DNA of 20,000 nucleotides, taken from an uncultured virus (IMG/VR IMGVR_UViG_3300005680_000102). Its lineage: Duplodnaviria > Heunggongvirae > Uroviricota > Caudoviricetes. Position numbers and translations under genes: made by a program. The DNA lies in the IMG/VR virus record IMGVR_UViG_3300005680_000102, positions 47,974 through 67,973 of that record; one strand, given 5' to 3'. Under the pieces are notes generated by a model. The model was not told the DNA's origin. It saw only the letters and a list, made by a program, of their open reading frames with translations, and made no database searches. Positions within the stretch are counted from its first letter, which is position 1, and every line of letters begins with the position of its first letter. This document shows positions 1 to 9,488 of this stretch, piece by piece.

Positions 1-1
1 T

Positions 2-1339
2 AATGGCCGTCAGTCCTTCTTCGTAACCAAGCAATCCGCTCGACATGGCGTTGGCCGCCCGAAACGTTTCACGCTTGGCCGTTTGCTTATTGCGAAATGC
101 TTCGCCCAGTGAATCCCAGTTTGCATCTAGCGGCGACATGCCAACTTGCCGCTTTCGCATTTCCACGTCAGAGACGCGAGTGTCGAGCGCCGCCCCCTGC
201 CGAACAATAAAAGCCGCCGCCGCCGTCTGCTTAGCGACTTCCGCCGCCGCCGCAAGTCGTTCCAAGGCCGCCGCCGCCGCGCTCGCCTCGGTTTCGATGC
301 CATAGGCGCCGGCCATGCGTTCGCGAAACTCGCTGCTGAACGCCAGCCCAATCGCAGTTCCCAAGGGGGAAGCGATCGGCGCCAGGGCGCCAATGTCGAA
401 GCCGACGACGCCTTCCGCTTTTTCGGCAAACTTCGGCGAGAAGATGCTCGCGGCAACGGCGCCTATCGAGGCGACCGCCGCGACTGCCGCCGCTGCAATG
501 GCGGCCGGTGGGAAAGCGGCCACGCCAGCGCCCGCTGCCCCAGCGATGCCAGCACCGGCGCCGCGCGCCGCGACTCCACCAGCCGCAGCGCCGACAGCAC
601 CGCGACCTCTTGCCGCGGCCAGTGCTGATTCAGCCGCCGCCGCACTTAAGACTGCCGCGCGGTACGCTTCAACGGATCGCGTGATGGCTTCGTATATCTG
701 GACGCCGCCTTTGGCGACGTCGACGATCCCCTGTACTCGAACCAGCGCCCGCGCCAGCTTTTCGATATCCTCTTCGCCCGCCAACCCGAGCGCAGCAATA
801 CCTCTGCCGAGCATGAGGGCACCTTCGGCCCCTTTGACAAACCCCTCTCGAAGGGATCGATTGTAATTCACGACGGAGATCGTGGTGCGATCAATAACCG
901 CCGTTGTGTCGACAAACAGTTCCGCCGGCTGAACTGCATCCACCGCCTTGTTGATATCGAGAATCGCATCGGTCACCTGCCGAACGCTCTTGCGCCCGGC
1001 GATGCCGAAGTCCCCAATGCGATTCTGCAAGACGGCCAGCGATTCGGCCGATTTGAGTGAGCCCTGCTGCAAAGCGAGGTTGTACCTTTGCGCCGCCGCC
1101 GTCGATTGCTCGATTTCGCGATTCAGTAGCGCGCGGTCGCCAAGTTGCTTGTGAGTCGCCTTGCCGGATTCGGTGGCTTCTGCCTTGGCGGATTCGATGC
1201 GCTTTTTAGACTCGCGCTCGGTGGCGTCCGTGATTTGCTTCTGGACAGCTTCCGCCTCTTTGGCGAACGTCGCGAGGGTGGCTTTGTTGCCGGGGTGATC
1301 GGCAACCTTCAATTTGAAGACGACATCACGATCAGCCAT
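2..1339 (-). CDS. Tail tape measure protein, N-terminal part (runs off the left edge)
   Basis: Not in the ORF track because it has no stop in the window. Manual translation from ATG 1339: MADRDVVFKLKVADHPGNKATLATFAKEAEAVQKQ..., helical and Ala-rich with a long Ala/Gly hydrophobic stretch. AGGA lies upstream and the gene directly follows the tail chaperone pair. Confidence 0.85.
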   Translation of the reverse strand, partial: MADRDVVFKLKVADHPGNKATLATFAKEAEAVQKQITDATERESKKRIESAKAEATESGKATHKQLGDRALLNREIEQSTAAAQRYNLALQQGSLKSAESLAVLQNRIGDFGIAGRKSVRQVTDAILDINKAVDAVQPAELFVDTTAVIDRTTISVVNYNRSLREGFVKGAEGALMLGRGIAALGLAGEEDIEKLARALVRVQGIVDVAKGGVQIYEAITRSVEAYRAAVLSAAAAESALAAARGRGAVGAAAGGVAARGAGAGIAGAAGAGVAAFPPAAIAAAAVAAVASIGAVAASIFSPKFAEKAEGVVGFDIGALAPIASPLGTAIGLAFSSEFRERMAGAYGIETEASAAAAALERLAAAAEVAKQTAAAAFIVRQGAALDTRVSDVEMRKRQVGMSPLDANWDSLGEAFRNKQTAKRETFRAANAMSSGLLGYEEGLTAI

Positions 1340-1348
1340 GAGGCTTTC

Positions 1349-1756
1349 CTATCTCACTGTTACCTTCGCCCCATGAGCGACTATGGTGATTGCTAAATGA
1401 TCTCGATCCCGACAGCGGAATAGCTCATCCAAGTGGGCAAAATTCCGCCGCGTCGTTGCGTCCAAATTGCGAAACGGCGTCGCCCGGTGCAATTTATACA
1501 GATCGAACGTCCGCAAATTCTTATCACTCAGTCTCAGCCGCTCCGCATTTTCCGGCGACTTCTTCGGACACTTCTCGCACGGTGGCGGTACGCTCGCCGG
1601 CCGCACGTTCGGCCGCTCTTCCAACGTCGGACCCGCCCGATGTGTTTGCTTCTTTCCAGTGTCCAGATCGTAAATCCATTTCGCGCAATCGTTGCAATCG
1701 ATCGAGGCGGGGCCGGGGTGGAATAGCACCAACGCCGCCCCCTCGATCAGTTTTTT
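1349..1756 (-). CDS. Tail assembly chaperone gpT-like segment, reached by -1 frameshift (gpGT fusion)
   Basis: The -1 frame is open from the A AAA AAC site (KKLIEGAALVLFHPG...CNDC...CEKC...) to TAG at 1349. There is no ATG start after the slip site. Confidence 0.8.
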   Translation of the reverse strand, partial: KKLIEGAALVLFHPGPASIDCNDCAKWIYDLDTGKKQTHRAGPTLEERPNVRPASVPPPCEKCPKKSPENAERLRLSDKNLRTFDLYKLHRATPFRNLDATTRRNFAHLDELFRCRDRDHLAITIVAHGAKVTVR

Positions 1757-2181
1757 TCGTCGCGCTCCGCAATTACGTCGCCAACGATGCGGCCGGTCGC
1801 CGCGGCTTCTAGTTCGGCCAGATAATCGGCCGCCTCGTCTGGCGTCGCTTCGCTGGGTTGCTTGTCGGGCGCCCAGACGCCAAAAACGATCAATTGCAAC
1901 TTGTCGAAACATGCCGATGGAAGCGAGAGCATCGAGTCGGCAGTGATGGCGATCGGTTTATCGTTCTCGCCGACGACATTCCACGATTTGACCTGCTTGG
2001 CGAGCATGGCGCCGGTGAGCCTCGCCTCTTGATCGGGCGCTCGCTTGAGCGCCAAGCGAAACTTATCTCGCTCCAGAACCGGCAAGAGTCGATACTCAAA
2101 AATCAGAGCATCGTGCAGGCCGTCGATAGCCGCGATGTAGCCAGGGCGAGTGTAACCGTCGTCGTAAATGCGAAAGGACAT
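1747..2181 (-). CDS. Tail assembly chaperone (gpG-like)
   Basis: Lies between tail tube and tape measure. Likely start MSFRIYDD at 2181. Contains VKSWNV and ends GAA AAA AAC TGA on a slippery heptamer. Confidence 0.8.
   Translation of the reverse strand: MSFRIYDDGYTRPGYIAAIDGLHDALIFEYRLLPVLERDKFRLALKRAPDQEARLTGAMLAKQVKSWNVVGENDKPIAITADSMLSLPSACFDKLQLIVFGVWAPDKQPSEATPDEAADYLAELEAAATGRIVGDVIAERDEKN
1750..1756 (-). other. Programmed -1 ribosomal frameshift slippery site A AAA AAC
   Basis: X XXY YYZ heptamer in the correct phase immediately before the chaperone stop codon. Confidence 0.8.
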
Positions 2182-2254
2182 GGAGTATCTGAAGAGGGCG
2201 TAAAAGGGTTTCGGGAAATGGGAAGCGTGGCAGATCATTGGCCGAATCGCGGCG

Positions 2255-3145
2255 TTACGGCGTGTTGTCGTTCGTCACAACAAGTTCACGCGTCGAACCA
2301 TCCATGAACGCCTGGAACGGCAGCCGCAGTGGAATCTCCCCAGTCCGGCTCGCCACCTCGATAACCTGCGTCGGCACTTTCAAATTCGCGAACGTGAACG
2401 TCAGCGACAGTCCGCTGGTCGGGTGCGTGTAAACCAACGTTCCCGAGGCGCCGGCCAAAGCGAAATCGTAAAACGCCGTCTCGTCGCTCGTATAAGGCGA
2501 GTCGCAAGTCAGCGTGATGATGCGGTCGCCCTCGGGCAGGTGCGATCGCGTCTGACTGTTGTTGAAGTCGTCCAGGATCAAAGCGTTGTCGATGACGACT
2601 TCGACATTCTTAATCGCGATGGCCGCCGAATTGACCGTCAAGACGCCCTGGTGATAGACGTAGGGCTGTTGCGCCGAAAGACTGGCCGCGATGCTCGGGA
2701 ACGTGCCAGCGTTGGCGATCGTTTCCGTTTTGCCCTGCCAGTCGATTTCCAATTCGAGCGTGTCGTTCGATGCGCGAAATGTTGCCCGGTTGACCTTCAT
2801 CCCCGCATATGTCGCCACTTTCGCGACCTTATCGACGGTGATGAATCGCTCGGGAACCGTTTCGGCGAGCGCGAACACGTCGCTCGATTCCGCGGCTCCG
2901 AGAATCGCCGGCAACAGTAGATCCAAGTCGTCCGGCTTGGCGTCCATCAGCGTTACGCCGCCGACGGTGTAAGCGCCGGCCGCAACGACATTCATGACGT
3001 GGGACCGGGAGCCTCGCATCCCCTGGTTGTTGATGAGCGTCGCCAGCTTGCCGATGGTGCAACGCTTGAAGTCGAATTGTTTGGTCACCGGATTGGCCGA
3101 GTCGATGCCGAGCTTCGACTGGTGGCCCATGCTGGGAACGCCCAT
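2255..3145 (-). CDS. Major tail tube protein
   Basis: 296 aa, beta-strand-rich, with a tube-like pattern (GMRGSRS...; LEIDWQG...; LTFTFANLK). Positioned before the chaperone and tape measure genes; no sheath gene upstream. Confidence 0.75.
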   Translation of the reverse strand: MGVPSMGHQSKLGIDSANPVTKQFDFKRCTIGKLATLINNQGMRGSRSHVMNVVAAGAYTVGGVTLMDAKPDDLDLLLPAILGAAESSDVFALAETVPERFITVDKVAKVATYAGMKVNRATFRASNDTLELEIDWQGKTETIANAGTFPSIAASLSAQQPYVYHQGVLTVNSAAIAIKNVEVVIDNALILDDFNNSQTRSHLPEGDRIITLTCDSPYTSDETAFYDFALAGASGTLVYTHPTSGLSLTFTFANLKVPTQVIEVASRTGEIPLRLPFQAFMDGSTRELVVTNDNTP

Positions 3146-3157
3146 GTTTTGCCCTTT

Positions 3158-3667
3158 CTATCCAATGGCTGCGAGACCCGCATCAGCAATCAATTCGCCG
3201 CACGCGTCCAGTGTCTTATCGTTCCACCCACCGAGCGGTCGGGCGGGAATCTTTAGCTCACTTCCGGCTGGAAGCCAACCGCGACCGCCGCGCGCCACCA
3301 TGCCGAATTGCGTCGTGATCGTCGCCCCATGCTCGTGAACCCGCGCATAACGAATCTGCGAGCCCCATGCGAGATCGTGCGTGCCGATTTCTTCGACGTG
3401 GCCGGCGCCTTGTCCGAGGTACGAACTCTTGAGCGTGCTGGAATCGTCCAGGGTTGGGTGGCTGTCGCTGGAGTCTTTCTTGCGCCAATGCCACGGCTCC
3501 CACGGCTGGCCGTCGGCGCTTTTCTGCGAAGCAAATGAGTCGGCCACCTGGTCGCGCAGTGGACCGCTGGCGATCTCTTCCAGCGGACGGTTATACGGTC
3601 CGGCGGCGATCGCCGCGCCCATCTTGGCCAGTTCGGTCGCAAAATTTTCAACGAGGATTTCGCTCAT
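3158..3667 (-). CDS. Virion morphogenesis / tail completion protein (Mu gpG / P2 gpS-like)
   Basis: Motifs F..QKSADGQPW, TLDDSSTLKSS, YARVHEHG and IPARPLGG. The ATG at 3667 overlaps the upstream stop (ATGA). Confidence 0.8.
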   Translation of the reverse strand: MSEILVENFATELAKMGAAIAAGPYNRPLEEIASGPLRDQVADSFASQKSADGQPWEPWHWRKKDSSDSHPTLDDSSTLKSSYLGQGAGHVEEIGTHDLAWGSQIRYARVHEHGATITTQFGMVARGGRGWLPAGSELKIPARPLGGWNDKTLDACGELIADAGLAAIG

Positions 3668-4140
3668 CCCGGGATCCTCGTTTCGCGAGAAATGAATCGC
3701 ACAACGAGAATCCCCATGAAGAGATTTCGCTGCTTCCACATATACGGATCGATGATTTGCTCGCTCTCCAAGCGACTCGTATAAACGGTCGTGTTCGGCA
3801 AAGCTCGATGAATCAGGCCGCGCCGCAGCCGCTCATGGATGAGCATGTTTCTGTCATAGCGAACCGTCTCTTCGTTGTCGGTCTCGCACTCTTCCGAAAA
3901 GAAAACGATCTGCACTGGATAGCCGATGTCGTCGTGGATGTTCGTTCCGCCCACGTCAGTGATGTTCGCACGATCGGGCGGGCCAATGACGACGCCCGGC
4001 ATCCCTGGAAGGCACTCGATCACATCGGGCGTCCAGACTTTGACCGTGACGACCTTTTGCTGCTTGACGCCGGCGATATTCAGCGCAGCGATGCGGTCCT
4101 TGACGGCGGCCAGAATGGTGAGATAAACGGAGTCAGCCAT
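3664..4140 (-). CDS. Putative tail terminator / neck protein
   Basis: 158 aa with an N-terminal helix (ILAAVKDRIAAL), a P-x-V-V-I strand and an alpha/beta pattern, located in the neck region. Confidence 0.55.
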   Translation of the reverse strand: MADSVYLTILAAVKDRIAALNIAGVKQQKVVTVKVWTPDVIECLPGMPGVVIGPPDRANITDVGGTNIHDDIGYPVQIVFFSEECETDNEETVRYDRNMLIHERLRRGLIHRALPNTTVYTSRLESEQIIDPYMWKQRNLFMGILVVRFISRETRIPG

Positions 4141-4153
4141 AGTGAATCCCTAG

Positions 4154-4333
4154 CTAGACTCCTCTCACCTCGATCTCAAACGGGGCGGACTCTTCAGCCG
4201 CCAGTTTGCGAAGTTTCTCAATTTGCTCGGTGATCTTCGCAACGCGATCCATGTCTTTCGTGCAAGTCACGCGAGCCAACTCTTCCGAGAGCGTTTGGAT
4301 GGCCGTTTGCAGGTTTTGTTCGACTGTCGCCAT
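4154..4333 (-). CDS. Small helical protein, possible head-tail adaptor (lambda gpW-like)
   Basis: 59 aa from MATVEQNLQTAIQ..., two amphipathic helices, located in the neck region. Confidence 0.45.
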   Translation of the reverse strand: MATVEQNLQTAIQTLSEELARVTCTKDMDRVAKITEQIEKLRKLAAEESAPFEIEVRGV

Positions 4334-4350
4334 TGCGTCCGCCGTCCGGT

Positions 4351-4806
4351 CTATAAATCCGTCCAACTTTGGCCGCCGCATTTGCACGCATGAGCCGCCT
4401 CGTCGTTCGCGTTTGCCGCTTCGTGCGACCAAATGCGGCCACACTGAGGACAAACGTGCGAATGTCTCACGCCGCCACTTTCTGTCGCCAGCGTTATCGT
4501 CGTCGCGTCTGGCTCGAGCAATCGCACTAATCGCCGCCCTACTTCTCTTCGCACGCGAATTGTCAACGGCCATCGAATAACCATCCGCAGCCAACCGCCG
4601 GCGGCCAGGCACAACCAACGGCGGGCGCGAGCTACCTCTCGCTTGTCTGCCTCAGTTCGTTCCGGCGCCGACTCCTGTTTCATTAATTCGCGAAGGCAGT
4701 CGCGAAGTTGATTCCGCATTTCGTCGTCGAGCTCGCCGGGCGGAAGCGATTCCAGCGGATCGAGCCAGACGGCAGCCATGCGGCGGGCTAGTTCGTCGGT
4801 GGTCAT
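4351..4806 (-). CDS. Hypothetical protein with C-terminal Zn-ribbon-like motif
   Basis: Likely start MTTDELARR at 4806, 8 nt after the upstream stop. C-terminus reads HSHVCPQCGRIWSH...HACKCG. Confidence 0.6.
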   Translation of the reverse strand: MTTDELARRMAAVWLDPLESLPPGELDDEMRNQLRDCLRELMKQESAPERTEADKREVARARRWLCLAAGGWLRMVIRWPLTIRVRREVGRRLVRLLEPDATTITLATESGGVRHSHVCPQCGRIWSHEAANANDEAAHACKCGGQSWTDL

Positions 4807-4814
4807 CGTGCCGA

Positions 4815-5210
4815 TTAGTCGAGCCTCCGCACTCGCAAATCGGCCGCTTTGGGATTCTTGAGCCGATAGAGCCTCGCGGCCTCGGATTCGTCGACCGCCG
4901 CGAACGGCTCGTCGGGGAAGCCGGCGCACGACACGACATAGCGATGAAGCGGCTTGCCGGTGTCGGTTGCCGTGGCGCACAGTCTGGCCTTTTCGGCCTT
5001 CAACTCGGCGCCGAGCTTCACGGCGGTATCGATTGCCGACTTGCCGCTATCGAGTTCGGTTTGCAGGCGAGCGGCTGTTTGCGTTGCTTCTGCGCGGGCC
5101 AATTTCTCGTCGGCGAGCGACGACTTGAGCGTCGCGACTTGCTGCTCAAGCTGGGCGATCTTCTGCTGTTCGGCGGAGGGCTGCGCGACAGCGGCTTGTG
5201 TTTCGGCCAT
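4815..5210 (-). CDS. Hypothetical coiled-coil protein, paralog of 5252..5989
   Basis: Start MAETQAAVAQ at 5210, then a coiled coil, then AVDESEAARLY. Confidence 0.7.
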   Translation of the reverse strand: MAETQAAVAQPSAEQQKIAQLEQQVATLKSSLADEKLARAEATQTAARLQTELDSGKSAIDTAVKLGAELKAEKARLCATATDTGKPLHRYVVSCAGFPDEPFAAVDESEAARLYRLKNPKAADLRVRRLD

Positions 5211-5251
5211 GTTTGTGAGTGCCTTGAAATGAAAAGTTGGAACAAAGCCTA

Positions 5252-5989
5252 TTACGCGAACGCCGGCACGGCCTCGGGCGGCATTTGCGGCGCCGTCGTC
5301 TTGCCGTTGGCGTCCACGGGATACCGCGACTCCCACGATCGCCGATATTCGGCGTGGCGATCGGAGGCGAACTGCTCTTGTCGCAGGTTGTCGGCCTTGA
5401 ACGACCAACTGGACGGATCGAGATGTTGGTTGCGCTGCGGCGCCAGCACTTCGCCGCGGGGGCCAACGACGATGGACACTTTGGCTTCGGCCTCTTTGAA
5501 AACAACGCCATCCGCTTCGTGTTGTGCAAAGCTGGCATCGGCCGCGCGCTTGTCCTGGTCGCTCATCGCCGGATGCCAGCCCTTGACTGGCTCATGGACG
5601 CAATAGAGACGGATCGCTTCGGACGCATCATTGGCGTAAACAACCGCCGCCGGCGTCGTTGTGACCTTATTCGTCTTCTGATCCTTTCCCCGACCGAGAA
5701 CCTTGAACGGCCACTTTTGGCCCTTTCGAGAAGTGCGGCCGTCGCCCACCGTATTGCGATAGCCAGGGCCGGCCGATTCCGCCGCCATAGAGGCGAGATT
5801 CGACTTTTCCTCTTGAAGGCGAGCGTTCTCTCGCTCCAGCCGCTCCTTGTCGGCGCGAAGCGCGGCAAGTTCATCACTCGCGGCGTGTTGCGACTGGCTG
5901 GCCGACGGCTGCTGCGCCGCCGCTTGGCTGGCTGGCGGATTCTTCGCGGCGAGAGAGCCGCCTTGGTTGTTTTCTTTTTGCGTTGCCAT
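5252..5989 (-). CDS. Hypothetical coiled-coil protein directly downstream of the major capsid gene
   Basis: 245 aa with GAGGA upstream. Q/A/S-rich N-terminus, a coiled coil, then ANDASEAIRLY. Confidence 0.75.
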   Translation of the reverse strand: MATQKENNQGGSLAAKNPPASQAAAQQPSASQSQHAASDELAALRADKERLERENARLQEEKSNLASMAAESAGPGYRNTVGDGRTSRKGQKWPFKVLGRGKDQKTNKVTTTPAAVVYANDASEAIRLYCVHEPVKGWHPAMSDQDKRAADASFAQHEADGVVFKEAEAKVSIVVGPRGEVLAPQRNQHLDPSSWSFKADNLRQEQFASDRHAEYRRSWESRYPVDANGKTTAPQMPPEAVPAFA

Positions 5990-6021
5990 AGTTCCATCCT
6001 CAACCGGGAAGATTCGGGAAG

Positions 6022-6055
6022 AAAAAGGGCGGCGAGCCTTCCCAACTCACCGCCC
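6022..6055 (-). terminator. Intrinsic terminator after the major capsid gene
   Basis: Minus strand reads GGGCGGTGAG-TTGGGAAGG-CTCGCCGCCC-TTTTT: a GC stem followed by a T-run, 35 nt after the MCP stop. Confidence 0.75.
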
Positions 6056-6090
6056 CGGCGCAACGACCTGACGGCCGCTGTACGCTACGA

Positions 6091-7323
6091 CTACGCGGTG
6101 CATTTCACCATGAACCGGGGATCGATGACCGCCGCCGCGCCTCGCTCGCTCGCCTTGAAGCTGCTCACGATGTCGCGGTGAAATTCCTCGGGCGCGTCGG
6201 GAGGCGCCTGCACGACGGTGACCGGCCAGTTTTCCATATACTGGAAAGCTCGCTGCGGATCGCCCATAAACCAAGTTGTGGCGCTGCCGGTGCGAGCCTT
6301 GACGTAGGCGTTGGAAATGACCTCGTACTGCGGGCCGGTCGGACTCTTGCCGTAAGTCCGCGTCGTGTTTGAGGCGCCGTCACCGAACGCGATTTGCGTC
6401 GCATTGACGATCCGCTCCGCAGTCCGCTTGAGCGCCGTCGGCACAATGAGTGCCTTGGCGGAAATGAGCACCGGCTCGCCAGTGTTCGGGTCGGTGATGG
6501 CGTCGAACAGAAGTTCGGCGTTCTCGATGTCTGTCCAATCGACCAGGGCATTGGTCGCTTGCAGGTTGTCGAAATCGCCGTTCGTGTGAGTGTCGCCGTA
6601 GGTGGCTTGCGCGGCCCCGCCGTTGCGGCGATAAGTCGTCGTGATGCCGAGGGCGACGTCAAGGCATCGCTTCTCTTTGTTGATGGCGATCGAGTCACCC
6701 ACACCACTGGCCCGCTTGACCACCAACCCGGTCCGGTCGAAGAAAATGGCCTCCTTTGTCACCGGGACGATCAGGCCTCTCTTGATCGTATCCGGCGTCA
6801 TCACCCATTCTTCGTTTAGGCCGGCGAACGGATATTGCTGGCCTTCGCCAACCACTTCCGCCATGTCGCCGATGCCGCCGACGCCGGGAATCTTCTCGCC
6901 GTCAAACTCGGTCGGAACCGTCTTGAACAATCTCGGCCAGATGTACTCCGGGCTGTTGTAAGCGTCGAGCACCGCCGTGAATACGATCTGGCCAGTGATG
7001 TTCGCGAACGCCGCCGTCGAGACGTGACCTTGCGCTTCGAGCAGCGCCACGTTCATCGTGGAATAACCAGCGAGCCGTGGATTGAAATGCTGGACCAGTT
7101 CGGCGCCGTCATCGACCAGCGATTCAAACAAGTTTCGGATGCCGAAGTCTTCGGCCGTCACGTGCTTGTCGCGAAACGCGCCAGAGAGATCGTCATAGAA
7201 CCGTCGGCCTGAACCGCCGTCGTCCTTTTGCGACGATTCGAGCAAGCGACGAAGCTCTTGGCAGCGGCCCTTCCGGACGTCGCGAAAGACCATGCTGTTG
7301 AGCCGAGAAGTGGTCGTAATCAT
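6091..7323 (-). CDS. Major capsid protein (HK97 fold, Mu gpT-like)
   Basis: 410 aa. Motifs STAAF, AYN...W, V.EGQQYP, IKRG.IVPVTKEAIFFDRTG and LIVPTAL...AERIVN. Follows the protease and is followed by a terminator. Confidence 0.9.
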   Translation of the reverse strand: MITTTSRLNSMVFRDVRKGRCQELRRLLESSQKDDGGSGRRFYDDLSGAFRDKHVTAEDFGIRNLFESLVDDGAELVQHFNPRLAGYSTMNVALLEAQGHVSTAAFANITGQIVFTAVLDAYNSPEYIWPRLFKTVPTEFDGEKIPGVGGIGDMAEVVGEGQQYPFAGLNEEWVMTPDTIKRGLIVPVTKEAIFFDRTGLVVKRASGVGDSIAINKEKRCLDVALGITTTYRRNGGAAQATYGDTHTNGDFDNLQATNALVDWTDIENAELLFDAITDPNTGEPVLISAKALIVPTALKRTAERIVNATQIAFGDGASNTTRTYGKSPTGPQYEVISNAYVKARTGSATTWFMGDPQRAFQYMENWPVTVVQAPPDAPEEFHRDIVSSFKASERGAAAVIDPRFMVKCTA

Positions 7324-7403
7324 GATGTGCCCCTGAATCGAGAAAGGTGGTCGCTAGTGAATCGTGGTGGATGGCGAAACGTCGCCAGACGGCGAGACGT
7401 GAC

Positions 7404-8126
7404 TTATCGCTTCTGCCAGGCGAAGGCGTAATCGACGTTGAGCAATTGATTGTGGGCCGATCCGTTCTTCGAGCTCAGGCCGACCTGCATTTCCGTCGCG
7501 CTTGTGAACACCATGTCGGTGATCTTGTAAACGAGCACGTCGTCGATGTAGTACAGCACGTCTTGAAGCATGCCGGACTTCGGCAGCACTTCGATTCGCA
7601 GTCGCTGATAGCCGGCCGAAGCACCCGGCTTCGCCTGACCGTCGAGGGAGTTGGCCGCCGTCAATTCGACGCTCGTCTGCGTCGTGCCAAGCGAGGCCCA
7701 CACATGCCAGTTGAGCGAACCGTCCTTGCAGAAGAACGCCACGCCGCTGGCTGTCGTCTTGGGGCCGGCGCCGTTGTCGACCAACAGCTCCGCGGCCACG
7801 GCATCAACGACGCCGGCGAAGATGTTGGCAGCGTTGGTGTTGGCCTGAGTGAACTGAACGAGCGACTCAAAGACGAGCGGCTTGTCCGCCGCGAACTTGA
7901 ATGTCTCGTTCGCGCTCTTCAGCAAAACTTGATCGTTGTCGGCCACCGAGCAATCGGACGGCGTGAGAACGGCAATGCCGCCGACCGCATCGCCCATCGC
8001 GACCGTGCCGGTGTCGGTCAAGATGTCGATGAACGTGACGTCGGTCTGGTCCTCGGTGAAGTCACTGAAGACATAGTGACCGTCTTTCAGGTCTTCCAAA
8101 AAGTCGGAAACCATGGGCAGTTTCAT
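7404..8126 (-). CDS. Probable head decoration protein, beta-sandwich (ConA-like) pattern
   Basis: 240 aa with an all-beta pattern (YQRLRIEV, VLYYIDDVLV, LNVDYAFAWQKR), located between protease-scaffold and MCP. Confidence 0.55.
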   Translation of the reverse strand: MKLPMVSDFLEDLKDGHYVFSDFTEDQTDVTFIDILTDTGTVAMGDAVGGIAVLTPSDCSVADNDQVLLKSANETFKFAADKPLVFESLVQFTQANTNAANIFAGVVDAVAAELLVDNGAGPKTTASGVAFFCKDGSLNWHVWASLGTTQTSVELTAANSLDGQAKPGASAGYQRLRIEVLPKSGMLQDVLYYIDDVLVYKITDMVFTSATEMQVGLSSKNGSAHNQLLNVDYAFAWQKR

Positions 8127-8186
8127 CGGTCGCTATCCTTGATTGGTGATTCGTGATGGGTGATTCTGGCGAGCGGCGAACAGCGA

Positions 8187-9488
8187 CTAGCGAAGCAGTT
8201 CCGCCAGTTCCTTGCCGTTCTTCGGCGTGTACGATTCGGTCAACTGCTGGCCGGCCGGGCGCGCCGGCGGGCTGAATCGCGGGCGATCAATCTTCGTCGG
8301 ATCGACGCGAGCCGGCCACGATTCGATCAACTCGCGGCGCTCTTTGTCGTCGCCCATTCGCTTGAGCGCCTTGATGCGATCAGTCTTTCCGTTCGGGTCA
8401 ACAAGATCGCGATTCAGCGATTCGAGCATCGCTTTGCAATGATCGGTCATGTCCCGATCGCTGAGTTGTCCTTCGAGTTTTTCAACTCGCTCGCGAAGCT
8501 CAGCGTTTTCTTTGCTTGTGGCGTCGTTGTTCATGGCCCCTTTCTGCACGCTCTCTTTTGTGGATTCGGTCGCATCGCCGCCCTTGCTCTCGCTCTTGCC
8601 GCCGCCGCCCTTTACAGCAGCCGTCACGCTGTCTTCCAAGCCCAGCGCCGAAAGAACCGTTTGCAGAGCGGCCTCGTCGGCGCTATCGAGCTTCGCCTTG
8701 ATGAGCGCGAGCAAGGCGTCTTTCAATTGATCCTCTGGCTTGGCTTCGGCCGGCGCCTCCATCGGCACATCAACAACCGGCATGTCGGCGCCTTCCATTT
8801 CGAGCAAGACGGAAGCCTTGCCGTCGGCGTCCGTGGCGCGAGCAACTTCGTGCAGCACCTTATAGAGCGGCGTCGCTTTGGCAACCTTATCCCTTGCCGC
8901 CGATTCGAGAATCTTTCCGATGGTGGTTTGCACGTTTTCTGCCTCGTGGTTGGTCGATTCAAACAGGCCGGCGGTCGTGGCCGGATCGTCAACAACATCG
9001 ACGGAGTGAACTTTGTGCAGCGTCTCGACAATAACCCGACCGTTGCGGGTCGTCGTCTTGCCTTCCGCGTTGTGCGACAGGCCGAACGTCTCGGGACACT
9101 TTTCGGCCATTTCCAAAATCTGTTCGGTACTGGCGCTCGACTTGAAATAGTGCAAGTCGCCGTGAACCGAATCGCCCTCGCGCCGCACGCTGCGCAGTAC
9201 GCCAAAGCGTTCCATCAATCCACGGTCTTGAATCGGTTCGCCCGGCCGATTGCGGGCCGGATGATCGACGTTGACCTTGGCGCCCTCGTACAACTTCACC
9301 GCTTGATCGAGTGCGGCATCGCTGTACTCACGTCCGTTTTTTGAGTGCCGGCCGAGAATCTTGACGCCATAGATCACGCCCTTGTCACGGTCGACACGCA
9401 CCGAAGCGGCCGAAGTCGCCGACTCGGTGAATCGCGAGAGCGTGTTCGCGGCGGTTCGCGTCGTTCTCTTGGCCGTCATCGTTGCCAT
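8187..9488 (-). CDS. Prohead protease-scaffold fusion (T4 gp21-like protease domain plus charged helical scaffold)
   Basis: Motifs SKNGREY, VDHP, FGLSHNAEG and VDVVDDPAT, followed by a charged helical C-terminal half. Confidence 0.85.
   Translation of the reverse strand: MATMTAKRTTRTAANTLSRFTESATSAASVRVDRDKGVIYGVKILGRHSKNGREYSDAALDQAVKLYEGAKVNVDHPARNRPGEPIQDRGLMERFGVLRSVRREGDSVHGDLHYFKSSASTEQILEMAEKCPETFGLSHNAEGKTTTRNGRVIVETLHKVHSVDVVDDPATTAGLFESTNHEAENVQTTIGKILESAARDKVAKATPLYKVLHEVARATDADGKASVLLEMEGADMPVVDVPMEAPAEAKPEDQLKDALLALIKAKLDSADEAALQTVLSALGLEDSVTAAVKGGGGKSESKGGDATESTKESVQKGAMNNDATSKENAELRERVEKLEGQLSDRDMTDHCKAMLESLNRDLVDPNGKTDRIKALKRMGDDKERRELIESWPARVDPTKIDRPRFSPPARPAGQQLTESYTPKNGKELAELLR

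Noticed and set aside
200..650. Dense GCC/GCG repeats
   Set aside because: These are Ala/Gly codons of the tape measure protein, not a DNA repeat array.
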